From positions 1 through 31,798 of the IMG/VR virus record IMGVR_UViG_3300011339_000101: a stretch of DNA of 31,798 nucleotides; one strand, 5' to 3'. Under the pieces are notes generated by a model, which saw only the letters and a program-made list of their open reading frames with translations, had not been told where the DNA came from and searched no databases. The translations under genes were made by a program, and so were the position numbers. This stretch comes from a virus. Taxonomy: Duplodnaviria; Caudoviricetes. This document shows positions 9,158-18,124 of the stretch, one piece after another (position 1 is the first letter of the stretch; each line of letters starts with the position of its first letter).

Positions 9158-9303
9158 AAAAGACTGCCCGTCAGGCCAAAATCAGCAAAGTTATGCGTGA
9201 GTTTAAGGCGGGTGAGTTGCACTCTGGTAAGGGTGGCCCTGTGGTCAAGAAGCCGAAACAGGCTATTGCCATTGCTCTAAGCCAAGCTAGGAAAAAGAAA
9301 TGA
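9154..9303 (+). CDS. Tiny basic protein (49 aa), DUF6496-like
   Basis: MKKTARQAKISKVMREFKAGELHSGKGGPVVKKPKQAIAIALSQARKKK; family recalled from the KVM.EFK.G.LHSG...KQAIAIALS motif; ATGA overlaps on both sides. Confidence 0.8.
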   Translation: MKKTARQAKISKVMREFKAGELHSGKGGPVVKKPKQAIAIALSQARKKK

Positions 9304-9449
9304 AACAAGGTCTTTACGCAAATATTCATGCTAAACAAGAACGCATCAAGGCGGGTTCTAAGGAAAAGATGCGTAAGGTTGGTTCTAAGGGCGCTCCTAC
9401 TGAGGCGGCATTTAAGGCTGCGGCTAAGACTGCTAAGAAGGCTAAGTGA
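9300..9449 (+). CDS. Tiny basic protein (49 aa)
   Basis: MKQGLYANIHAKQERIKAGSKEKMRKVGSKGAPTEAAFKAAAKTAKKAK; start/stop overlaps on both sides. Confidence 0.8.
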   Translation: MKQGLYANIHAKQERIKAGSKEKMRKVGSKGAPTEAAFKAAAKTAKKAK

Positions 9450-9598
9450 TGAGCAAGACAGCCACACACTATCTACCCAATGGAAAGGTCTACAAAGGGC
9501 CTGTCCACAAAGAAGGTGGTATGTTGATGACAGGTGCAAAGCACACACCTAGTAGCAAGAATCTCACACACACACCTCCAAAAAAGGTAAAGAAATGA
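9449..9598 (+). CDS. Tiny basic His/Lys-rich protein (49 aa)
   Basis: MSKTATHYLPNGKVYKGPVHKEGGMLMTGAKHTPSSKNLTHTPPKKVKK; TGATG and ATGA overlaps. Confidence 0.78.
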   Translation: MSKTATHYLPNGKVYKGPVHKEGGMLMTGAKHTPSSKNLTHTPPKKVKK

Positions 9599-9885
9599 AA
9601 ACTCCTGCTTGGCAAAGAAAAGAAGGAAAATCTCCTTCTGGGGGATTGAATGCCAAGGGAAGAGCATCGTATAATGCAGAAACTGGTGGGAAATTAAACC
9701 CTCCAAAAAAGTCGGGCGACAACCCTGCAAGGGCCTCCTTTTTAGCACGTATGGGCAATATGCCTGGCGCTGAGATGAAAGATGGAAAGCCTACTCGACT
9801 TCTATTATCTCTTAGAGCTTGGGGCGCATCGTCCAAGGAAGACGCTAGGGCAAAAGCCAAGGCGATCTCTAAGAGGAATAAATGA
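9595..9885 (+). CDS. Basic protein, DUF6321-like
   Basis: PAWQRKEGK.P.GGLNAKGRASY...RASFLARM motif, recalled from memory. Confidence 0.75.
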   Translation: MKTPAWQRKEGKSPSGGLNAKGRASYNAETGGKLNPPKKSGDNPARASFLARMGNMPGAEMKDGKPTRLLLSLRAWGASSKEDARAKAKAISKRNK

Positions 9886-10220
9886 GACCAGTATCCGTTG
9901 GAGTTGAACCCACAGCCGCTACGCTGACTACTGTTTACACAGTACCAACGGGGTACTTTGCCACTCTCACTTTAATTTACATCCACAACATTGGTGGATC
10001 AACAAAGAACATTTCCATTGTGTGGAATGATGTGAGTGCTTCTGCTTCCCATGATATTTTGACTGAAGTGCCTTTTACAGCAAAAGAGTATCTTAGTAAG
10101 TTTAGCAAAGATACTTGTGTTGTTTTTGAAGAAGGTGACAAACTTCAGGTAACAACAGAGGCTGGTAGTAGCTTTAGTGTAATTGCAACATTTGAAGTCT
10201 TTGGAGCGCAAAGAACATGA
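9882..10220 (+). CDS. Beta-rich putative virion protein
   Basis: TTVYTVP...EEGDKLQV pattern; translationally coupled in the structural operon. Confidence 0.65.
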   Translation: MRPVSVGVEPTAATLTTVYTVPTGYFATLTLIYIHNIGGSTKNISIVWNDVSASASHDILTEVPFTAKEYLSKFSKDTCVVFEEGDKLQVTTEAGSSFSVIATFEVFGAQRT

Positions 10221-10864
10221 CCTACTTAGAGCTTGTCAACGATGTATTGACACGATTGCGTGAAACTAATGTTTCTACTGTTTCCGAGACTTCTTACTCT
10301 GCTTTGATTGGCAAGTTTGTCAACGATGCCAAACGCCAGATTGAAGACTCATACACTTGGAATTGTCTGTCTCAAACAATAACTGTCACTACTGCGGGTG
10401 GCACTACTTCTTACGCTTTGACTGGTGTTGGTCAGAAGTTCCGTGTAATGGATGCTATCAATGTCACCAACAATGTTGGATTGACCGATGTTCCTTTTAC
10501 TGTGATGAATCGTAAGTTGAACTTCACAACGCCTGTCTCTGGTGTACCAACTGAATACTGTTTCAATGGTGTTGATGGAAATGGAGACACAAAGATTGAT
10601 GTCTATCCTCCTCCTGATGGCGTTTATACAATCTACTTTGATGTGATTGTTCCACAAGCTGCTTTGGCTTCTGATGGCACATCTGTGAAGGTCTTGGACT
10701 ATTTGGTTGCTCAGAGTGCCTATGCTCGTGCTTTGATTGAGCGTGGCGAGGATGGTGGCACTAATAGTTCAGAGGCTTATGCTTTATTCCGTGGGATGTT
10801 GTCTGATGCCATTGCAACAGAGAGCACCCGTTACCCTGAAGAAACAAGTTTTGAGGCAGTTTAA
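10217..10864 (+). CDS. Head-tail adaptor / tail tubular protein A-like
   Basis: MTYLELVNDVLTRLRE start, VYPPPD motif, 215 aa, position before the nozzle gene. Confidence 0.75.
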   Translation: MTYLELVNDVLTRLRETNVSTVSETSYSALIGKFVNDAKRQIEDSYTWNCLSQTITVTTAGGTTSYALTGVGQKFRVMDAINVTNNVGLTDVPFTVMNRKLNFTTPVSGVPTEYCFNGVDGNGDTKIDVYPPPDGVYTIYFDVIVPQAALASDGTSVKVLDYLVAQSAYARALIERGEDGGTNSSEAYALFRGMLSDAIATESTRYPEETSFEAV

Positions 10865-12408
10865 TGGCTTCACCACTACAAAGTAACAGCGTAAGCGCAC
10901 CAGGCTTTTATGGCCTGAATACGCAAGACTCTCCGTTGGATTTGTCTTCTGGCTTTGCTTTGGTTGCCTCTAATTGCGTGATTGACCAATATGGACGCAT
11001 TGGCGCTCGCAAGGGTTATACATTGGTTAATCCTTCATCTGGAAACCTTGGCTCTAACGATGTAACTGTTATCCATGAGTTAGTACAGATTGATGGCACA
11101 TTGACGGTGTTGTTTGCTGGCAACAATAAGTTGTTCAAACTTGGCACTTCCAATGCTGTGACTGAGTTGACCTATGGGGGGGGTGGTTCTGCTCCTACCA
11201 TTACTGCTAGTAACTGGCATTGTGCTTCTTTGAATGGGATTACTTATTTCTTTCAATCTGGACACGATCCATTGATTTACGACCCAGCGGTGAGTACAAC
11301 CACTTATCGCAGAGTTTCTGAGAAGACTGGTTATGTAGGGACTGTTCCTTCTGCGAACATCTGTATTTCTGCATTTGGTCGCTTGTGGGTTGCTAATACC
11401 ACGACTGACAAGGTAACGATTACTTTCTCAGACCTGATTGCGGGTCATGTGTGGTCTGGTGGTACTACTGGTACTTTGGATGTTTCTCGTGTATGGCCTA
11501 ATGGGTCTGATGAGATCATGGGATTGGCAGCACACAATGATTTTCTATTTATCTTTGGCAAGCGGCAAATTCTTGTTTATGCTGGTGCTACTACTCCTGC
11601 TACTCTTGCTATAAGTGACACAGTAGGCTCTATTGGATGTATCGCTAGAGACTCTATTCAGAGTATTGGTACTGATGTAATTTTCTTGTCAGACTCTGGT
11701 GTTCGTTCATTGATGAGAACTATTCAAGAGAAGTCTGCTCCTTTGAGAGACATCTCTAAAAATGTTCGTTCCGATTTAATCAATTATTTAGCCGTTGAAA
11801 CATTGGCTAACCTCAAGTCTGTCTACTCAGAAAAGAATGCCTTTTATCTATTGGTTTTGCCTACATCTGCACAAGTCTATTGTTTTGATACAAAGATGCA
11901 ATTGCAAGATGGGTCTAACAGAGTAACCAAGTGGGATTCCATCACTCCTAAGTCTTTGTATTCGCTTAGAAATGGTGACTTATACATTGGTAAGACGGGA
12001 TATATTGGTAAGTATGATAGTTACTTAGATAACACATCTACTTATCGGATGGCGTACTACACCAACCATGCTGATTTGGGCAATGAGAATCAGATTTCTG
12101 TTCTTAAGAGGATCAAGACAATCATTATTGGTGGCTCAAACCAAACTGTGACGATCAAGTGGGGATTTGACTTTGCTGCCAACTATTTATCTGCTAATGC
12201 AAACATTGCTACACAATCTGTCTCCGAGTATGGAGTAGCCCAATATGGGGTTGCTCAGTACTCAAATGGTGTGCTTATCAGGACATTGGATGTGAATGCT
12301 TCTGGTATGGGCAAGATTGTTCAAACTGGTTACGAAACTACGATTAACGGCACTCAGTTGTCAATTCAGAAGATTGAAATTCAATCTAAGAACGGAAAGG
12401 TATCTTAA
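10864..12408 (+). CDS. Tail nozzle / stabilisation protein (P22 gp10 or tubular B-like)
   Basis: 514 aa beta-rich protein; GCIARDSI...VIFLSDSGVRSL motif; synteny. Confidence 0.75.
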   Translation: MASPLQSNSVSAPGFYGLNTQDSPLDLSSGFALVASNCVIDQYGRIGARKGYTLVNPSSGNLGSNDVTVIHELVQIDGTLTVLFAGNNKLFKLGTSNAVTELTYGGGGSAPTITASNWHCASLNGITYFFQSGHDPLIYDPAVSTTTYRRVSEKTGYVGTVPSANICISAFGRLWVANTTTDKVTITFSDLIAGHVWSGGTTGTLDVSRVWPNGSDEIMGLAAHNDFLFIFGKRQILVYAGATTPATLAISDTVGSIGCIARDSIQSIGTDVIFLSDSGVRSLMRTIQEKSAPLRDISKNVRSDLINYLAVETLANLKSVYSEKNAFYLLVLPTSAQVYCFDTKMQLQDGSNRVTKWDSITPKSLYSLRNGDLYIGKTGYIGKYDSYLDNTSTYRMAYYTNHADLGNENQISVLKRIKTIIIGGSNQTVTIKWGFDFAANYLSANANIATQSVSEYGVAQYGVAQYSNGVLIRTLDVNASGMGKIVQTGYETTINGTQLSIQKIEIQSKNGKVS

Positions 12409-13791
12409 ATGTCCAATTATTCAAAAAGTACTAATTTTGCAACTAAAGACAATCTAACGCCTGGTGATCCACTAAAGATTGTTCGTGGTACTGAGATTGA
12501 TACTGAGTTCAATAACATTGCTACTGCGATTGCTACAAAGACAGACAATGCTTCTGCGGCAATAGTTGGTGGAACAATCAACGACACAACCATTGGTGCG
12601 ACTACTGCATCTACTGGTGCGTTTACCACTTTAGCGGCTTCTGGCAACGTAACCCTCTCGGGTGGTACTGCCAATGGTGTTACTTATTTAAACGGCTCTA
12701 AAGTTGTTACAAGTGGCTCTGCGCTTACTTTTGATGGGACTACTATTGCAACAACTGGAAAGTTTGGTATTACTGGCAATGGCTCAGTTCCAACATCCTC
12801 TGCTTTAGAGATTGGAACAAATGGTGCTGGTAGTCGTCTTCTTTATAATGTTCCAACAAGCGGAGAGCATAATTTTACTGCAAATGGTTCAGTAATCTCT
12901 TTTCAAACTGCTAGTGCTCATGGTTGGTATGCAGGCGGCTCAGAGCAAATGCGCCTAACCTCTACAGGCCTAGGTATTGGTACAAGTTCACCTGCTTATA
13001 AGTTGGATGTTCGTGGCGTTCTTGGCTCAGGCAACGGCACAATCACTTCTGGCTTTAGTTACGATTCTGGTGGTCTTGTTGGTACATTCTCAAACCACGC
13101 TTTAGGCATCTTGACCAATGGTTCTGTTGTTGCAAAGTTTGACACCTCTGGCAACCTTGGATTAGGAGTTACTCCTAGTGCTTGGTACTCACTTAGTAGA
13201 GCCATTGACCTTGGCGCAGGTGGTGCTATACAGGGAAGAAGCAATACCGCAGGAACATTTGAACTTGCTACAAATGCTTATTTGAACACAAGTGGAAGCT
13301 GGACTTATAAAGCATCTTCTGTAGCAGCTAATCTGTTTGCAATGTCAGACGGGACATATAAGTGGAATATCGCCCCATCAGGCACAGCAGGGGACGCCAT
13401 TACCTTTACTCAGGCGGCTACGCTTACATCTAGTGGTGATTATTTAGTTGGAACTACAAGTTCTCAAGGTCTTTTATCTAATACTACAAAAATTGTCGGT
13501 GGCAATTTTATTACTCGACAAGCAACAACAGCAAGTTTGGCAAATACCGCAACTGAAGATATAACTGGGTTAATTTCTGGTGCTGCATATACTGTTGTTT
13601 GTAGGGGCGACACAAACACAACAACTTTTGTTATTCAATCAGTATATGTTAATGGTGCTGGTGGTGTTACTTTAGGACTTATTTCAAATGGAAATGGATT
13701 TGCTCTTACATCTCCAGCAAATAATACTTTGCGAGTAACAGGTTTAGTAACCACTCAAACATATACATACAGTTTGACAAGGATTTTTTAA
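12409..13791 (+). CDS. Tail fibre protein
   Basis: N-terminal EIDTEFNNIATAI anchor-like segment; repeated MRLTSTGLGIGTSSP / FDTSGNLGLGVTP fibre motifs. Confidence 0.82.
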   Translation: MSNYSKSTNFATKDNLTPGDPLKIVRGTEIDTEFNNIATAIATKTDNASAAIVGGTINDTTIGATTASTGAFTTLAASGNVTLSGGTANGVTYLNGSKVVTSGSALTFDGTTIATTGKFGITGNGSVPTSSALEIGTNGAGSRLLYNVPTSGEHNFTANGSVISFQTASAHGWYAGGSEQMRLTSTGLGIGTSSPAYKLDVRGVLGSGNGTITSGFSYDSGGLVGTFSNHALGILTNGSVVAKFDTSGNLGLGVTPSAWYSLSRAIDLGAGGAIQGRSNTAGTFELATNAYLNTSGSWTYKASSVAANLFAMSDGTYKWNIAPSGTAGDAITFTQAATLTSSGDYLVGTTSSQGLLSNTTKIVGGNFITRQATTASLANTATEDITGLISGAAYTVVCRGDTNTTTFVIQSVYVNGAGGVTLGLISNGNGFALTSPANNTLRVTGLVTTQTYTYSLTRIF

Positions 13792-14273
13792 TGAATCAAG
13801 CCTTAGTAGCAGAATACTTTGACCACAAGGATGGTCATTTGTATTGGAAAAAAGTCATGCATCCTAACAAGCAATATCTTGTTGGCAAGGAAGTTGGCTC
13901 AATCCATCCTACTGGCTATCGTCATGTCACTTGGATGGGCAAGCCTCACAAAGTTCATCGCTTGATATTCTTGCTTGAGCATGGCTACTTGCCTAAAGAG
14001 ATTGACCATATCAATGGTGACAGACAAGACAACAGACTTGAGAACTTGCGTGAAGCCACTAGAAGCGAGAATCAATGCAATCGTGGTGAGATAGCAAGCA
14101 ATACCTCTGGTTATGCGGGTGTCTCATGGCACAAGTACAGTAAGGCTTGGGTTGTTCGTTTAATGAAGAACGGAAAGTCAATCATCATTGGCTACTTTAA
14201 AGATTTAGAACTTGCAGGTCTTGTATCCCAAGAGGCAAGAGTTTTGTATCACGGCAAATTTGCCAGAATTTAA
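13791..14273 (+). CDS. HNH homing endonuclease with C-terminal AP2-like DNA-binding domain
   Basis: HRLIF...IDHINGDRQDNRLENLREAT; NTSGYAGVSW...IGYF. Confidence 0.92.
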   Translation: MNQALVAEYFDHKDGHLYWKKVMHPNKQYLVGKEVGSIHPTGYRHVTWMGKPHKVHRLIFLLEHGYLPKEIDHINGDRQDNRLENLREATRSENQCNRGEIASNTSGYAGVSWHKYSKAWVVRLMKNGKSIIIGYFKDLELAGLVSQEARVLYHGKFARI

Positions 14274-14285
14274 AAGGAAACAATC

Positions 14286-14576
14286 ATGACTACATACACT
14301 TGGAAAATCCCAACCCTTGATCGCAACACAGACGATGGTTTTGTAACCACAGCACATTGGACAGCAACCGCAGTAGACGGAGAACACTCTGCCTCTGCCT
14401 ACGCAACAGTCTCATGGGCTGAAGGTACTCCTACTATTCCTTATGCTTCCCTCACAGAAGCAACTGTCCTTAATTGGGTCTGGGAATCTATCGATAAAGA
14501 GGCTACTGAGGCTTCTTTGGCAGCTCAGATTGAGTTGCTAAAGAACCCTGTGAAAGCTACTGGTACGCCTTGGTAA
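14286..14576 (+). CDS. Tail-fibre-associated small protein (possible chaperone)
   Basis: IPYASLTEATVLNWV...GTPW; follows the fibre gene once the HNH gene is discounted. Confidence 0.6.
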   Translation: MTTYTWKIPTLDRNTDDGFVTTAHWTATAVDGEHSASAYATVSWAEGTPTIPYASLTEATVLNWVWESIDKEATEASLAAQIELLKNPVKATGTPW

Positions 14577-14612
14577 GTTGATAACAGAAATCCCTAAAGT
14601 GGAGTAAAAATT

Positions 14613-16769
14613 ATGGCAAGAATAAGAGAAGACAATTTTCTGATGAACTATGAAGATAGTGGAATGGGTGCTGTAGATATGTCTGCTCCTACAGAATCCA
14701 GAAACCCATCTCAATCCATCATTGATGTTTTAAAGCAACAGATTCTTGCCCAAGGAACAACTGATAAATGGACTGGTCAAGGTCGTGGATCAGCAGAGGC
14801 TAATGCTGAAGACATGGCTCGGATTCTTGCGGGTATTGGTATTACTGACATTAACCAATTTGGCCCTGTTACCAAAGAAGTTGATATGTACATGGGAACT
14901 GATGAATCAGGCAATCCAATCTACCAAAAGCAAACTGAACAAACCTTTGGCAACAAAGAAACAGGCCAAGCCGTTCCAGTTACTTATAGCGAACGTCAGA
15001 CAGGTAATGCCTTTGGCGGTACTTTTGAAGGTAAGGGAAATACTGGTTACCGAGTAGAGTTTGATGCCCAAGGAAAGCCTTTGTTTTTTACAACTGGTGC
15101 TTCTAGTTCAGATGTTCCTAGTTGGGTAAAACCTGCCCTAATTGGTGCGGGTCTTTATTTCGGTCTTGGTGGTAGTGGTCTATTTGGTGGTGGCGGTGCA
15201 TTAGGTGGTGGTGCGGCAACTGGATTGACAGCCGCAGAAGCCGCAGGATTAGGTTTAACAGCTACAGAAGCAGCCGCATTAGGACTACCAGCGGCAGAGT
15301 TTGCGGCGGCGGGTGGTGGTTTACTCTCAAGTGCTGCTCCTAGCCTTGCCGCAGTAGCTCCTAAAGTAGCGGCTGTTGCTCCTAATATTGCCCCCGCTTT
15401 AGGTTCTGAACTGGCGGCTGTTGCTCCATCGGTGGCCGCACCTACTTTAGCCCCTGAAGTAATTGGTATGGGTGGTGGAACTGGTATTACAGCAGGTTCT
15501 AGCGGTTTAGGTTTAAATGCTGGTACTGCTGGTCTTGGAACTTCAGGAATAGGTGCTGGTATTACAGCGGGTTCTGGTTTGACAGGAACAGGGGTTTTGT
15601 CTGGTTCTGCTTTGGGTGCAGGTTTATTAGGAACAACTGGTTCAACGTCTTTAACTGGTACTGGTGTTTTGTCTGGCTCTACCCTAGGAACTCAATTGCT
15701 AGGAACAGGTGCGGGTACAGCCGCTACAGTAGGGGGGGTAGGTAACACAATGGCAAATCTTGGAACTGGTGCTTTAAATACTGGAGTTGGCGCTCTAGGT
15801 TCTGGTTTAGGTTCTGGCCTTGGAAGCCTTATTTCTGGTGGTTTAGGAACTTTTGGCAACTTGCTTCAAATGCAAGAATCAAGAGAAGCGGCTCAAAAGG
15901 CTCAAGCAATGATTGACAGAGAGACTGAAGCGGCTAAACAAGCGGCTCAGTTTAGACCTGTTGGCATGACCACTCGATTTGGAACATCACAATTCGAAGT
16001 TGATCCTACAACTGGACGATTAATTAGTGCGGGTTACACACTAACTCCTGAAGCTAAAGCCCAACAGGATAGATTGGTTGCTTTACAGAATCAAGGTCTA
16101 ACACAAGCAGAACAAGCACAAGCACAATTTGCTCCTTTGCAAACAGGCGCTCAATCTCTATTTAACCTTGGTAATCAGTATCTGGCTCAAAGCCCTCAAT
16201 CTGTTGCTCAAAACTACTTGAATCAACAGTTGGCTCTGTTGCAACCAGGCAGAGAGTTGGAGTTGGCTAATCTGCAAAACAGACTACAACAGCAAGGTCG
16301 TTCGGGTCTTTCTGTTGCTCAAGGTGGCTCTTATGGCGCTACGACTCCTGAGTTACAGGCTCTGTATAACGCTCGTGCAATGCAAGAGGCTCAGTTGGCT
16401 GCTCAAGCCCAACAAGCTGGTCAACAGCAAGTTCAGTTTGGTGCGGGATTGCTTGGTCAAGGTGCTAGTGCAATGGGTCAGTACTATGGTGGTCAGCAAT
16501 CGGCTTATGCACCCTATACAACTGCTTTGGGACAAGTTCAAGGGCTTGAGGCTCTTGGTCAACAACCATTGACTATGGGTACTAATCTTGGTCAAACAGC
16601 GGCTCAAGCAGGTGCTAATGTTGGACAACTTGGACTGAAAGGTGCAGGTCTAAGCGCTGAATTGGCTACAAGTGCTGATGCTACAAGAAATCTTGCAGCA
16701 CAAGCATTAATTGGGGCGGGTAATCCTAGTTCAATGTTTGGCAGACTCCTCGGTGGTTTATTTGATTAA
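14613..16769 (+). CDS. Putative internal virion/ejection protein with long Gly/Ala-rich region
   Basis: Gly/Ala/Leu low-complexity middle and Gln-rich C-terminal half; first of three large genes after the tail, as in the P22 gp7/gp20/gp16 layout. Confidence 0.6.
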   Translation: MARIREDNFLMNYEDSGMGAVDMSAPTESRNPSQSIIDVLKQQILAQGTTDKWTGQGRGSAEANAEDMARILAGIGITDINQFGPVTKEVDMYMGTDESGNPIYQKQTEQTFGNKETGQAVPVTYSERQTGNAFGGTFEGKGNTGYRVEFDAQGKPLFFTTGASSSDVPSWVKPALIGAGLYFGLGGSGLFGGGGALGGGAATGLTAAEAAGLGLTATEAAALGLPAAEFAAAGGGLLSSAAPSLAAVAPKVAAVAPNIAPALGSELAAVAPSVAAPTLAPEVIGMGGGTGITAGSSGLGLNAGTAGLGTSGIGAGITAGSGLTGTGVLSGSALGAGLLGTTGSTSLTGTGVLSGSTLGTQLLGTGAGTAATVGGVGNTMANLGTGALNTGVGALGSGLGSGLGSLISGGLGTFGNLLQMQESREAAQKAQAMIDRETEAAKQAAQFRPVGMTTRFGTSQFEVDPTTGRLISAGYTLTPEAKAQQDRLVALQNQGLTQAEQAQAQFAPLQTGAQSLFNLGNQYLAQSPQSVAQNYLNQQLALLQPGRELELANLQNRLQQQGRSGLSVAQGGSYGATTPELQALYNARAMQEAQLAAQAQQAGQQQVQFGAGLLGQGASAMGQYYGGQQSAYAPYTTALGQVQGLEALGQQPLTMGTNLGQTAAQAGANVGQLGLKGAGLSAELATSADATRNLAAQALIGAGNPSSMFGRLLGGLFD

Positions 16770-16778
16770 GGATTTATC

Positions 16779-18113
16779 ATGGCAGAAAATATGGTAGCGG
16801 GTCTATTTGGTTTGACACCTGAGATGTATCAAAACCAACAGTATCAACAAGATTTGGCCACTGGTTATAAATTAGCTCAACTTAGACCAGGTGCGGCAGC
16901 TCAAGCGGGTCTACGAGCTAGTATTGGTCAACTAGGTCGTGGTGTGGCGGGTTTGATGGGTGTAGAAGACCCAATGTTAAATCGCATTACACAACAAGAT
17001 CAATTGCTTAGAGGTCTTGATTTAACAAATCCTAAATCATTGATTGAAGGCGCAAAAATTGCCAGTCAAATGGGTAATCCTCAATTGGCGGCAGGACTTG
17101 TTGATCGTGCTAAATCACTTCAAGAGTCATCTGCAAGGATTGCAGCGCAAAATGCTCAATTGTTGAAAGCAATGCAACCAGCAAAACTTACTGGTGATGA
17201 GCGATATATTTCGGCGTTGCGAAGTGTTGAGACCAAGATTGCTGCGGGTGAAACACCAACACAAATAGAGCTTTCTGATGCAAACATAGCTGGTCAGATG
17301 CTCTCTAAGCCTCGTAGTTATTTTGATCAAGCTAGTGGTCAAATGGTTACTCAAGCCGCTACAGATCCTTCAAAAGCATTTCCATTGGCTTATAAAGCAA
17401 TGGGTGCTTCTAGTGAAGAGAAGCCTACTACAGTTCCAAAACCAACTGTTCAGCAAGCAACTACTGGAAATCTTCCTTCTGGATCACAGACAGAAATTGG
17501 TGTAATTGAAGCTAACCTTAAAAAACTTGAACAATCAGCTCCAGAATTGCAATCGTTCCTTAATTCATTGAAATCAAATGAAGTTAAATATAACGCCAAA
17601 GACAATACTTTTGATTTCCTTGGCGCAATAATACCACCAGCATTTGGATTTAAAGAACAAGGTGGTCAAGTTAAGAAAGATGAGATTAAACGCGCCTTAA
17701 CTGAGCGTGTAAATACTTTACTTTTGATGGCTAAAGGTACGCAAACAGAAGGTGATGCAACTCGAGCTAAAGATCAAATTGCAAGTGATACAACATTTTT
17801 GAGTCAAGCAAGGATGATTGGAGCAATTGAAGGATTGGAAAGAACTGAGAAAAAACTTCAAGAAGAACTTCTTGCTAAAAGAGGTGCGCTACAGTCTCAG
17901 GGAAAACCAACTGCTCCTGTTGAACAACCAGTTGCTGTTGAACAACCAGCTACTCAGGCAAAACAACCAACACCATCTGCTTCACAGAAAACACAATCTA
18001 AACCTACTGAATTATCTAAGGAACAAAAGATTGATCTTTTTATTAAAGCAAATGGTGGCAAACCAACTCGAAAAGAGGCTGAAGATTACTTGCGCTCTAT
18101 GAAAAAACTATAA
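16779..18113 (+). CDS. Putative ejection protein 2
   Basis: 444 aa, helical and Gln/Ala-rich; synteny. Confidence 0.55.
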   Translation: MAENMVAGLFGLTPEMYQNQQYQQDLATGYKLAQLRPGAAAQAGLRASIGQLGRGVAGLMGVEDPMLNRITQQDQLLRGLDLTNPKSLIEGAKIASQMGNPQLAAGLVDRAKSLQESSARIAAQNAQLLKAMQPAKLTGDERYISALRSVETKIAAGETPTQIELSDANIAGQMLSKPRSYFDQASGQMVTQAATDPSKAFPLAYKAMGASSEEKPTTVPKPTVQQATTGNLPSGSQTEIGVIEANLKKLEQSAPELQSFLNSLKSNEVKYNAKDNTFDFLGAIIPPAFGFKEQGGQVKKDEIKRALTERVNTLLLMAKGTQTEGDATRAKDQIASDTTFLSQARMIGAIEGLERTEKKLQEELLAKRGALQSQGKPTAPVEQPVAVEQPATQAKQPTPSASQKTQSKPTELSKEQKIDLFIKANGGKPTRKEAEDYLRSMKKL

Positions 18114-18124
18114 GGAGTTGAGTC

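Noticed and set aside
9328-9552. Arg/Leu-rich 74-aa + strand ORF
   Set aside because: Alternative frame over two 49-aa genes that tile perfectly through start/stop overlaps.
12409-14273. Possible diversity-generating retroelement or invertible tail-fibre system
   Set aside because: No reverse transcriptase, invertase or template/variable repeat pair noticed.
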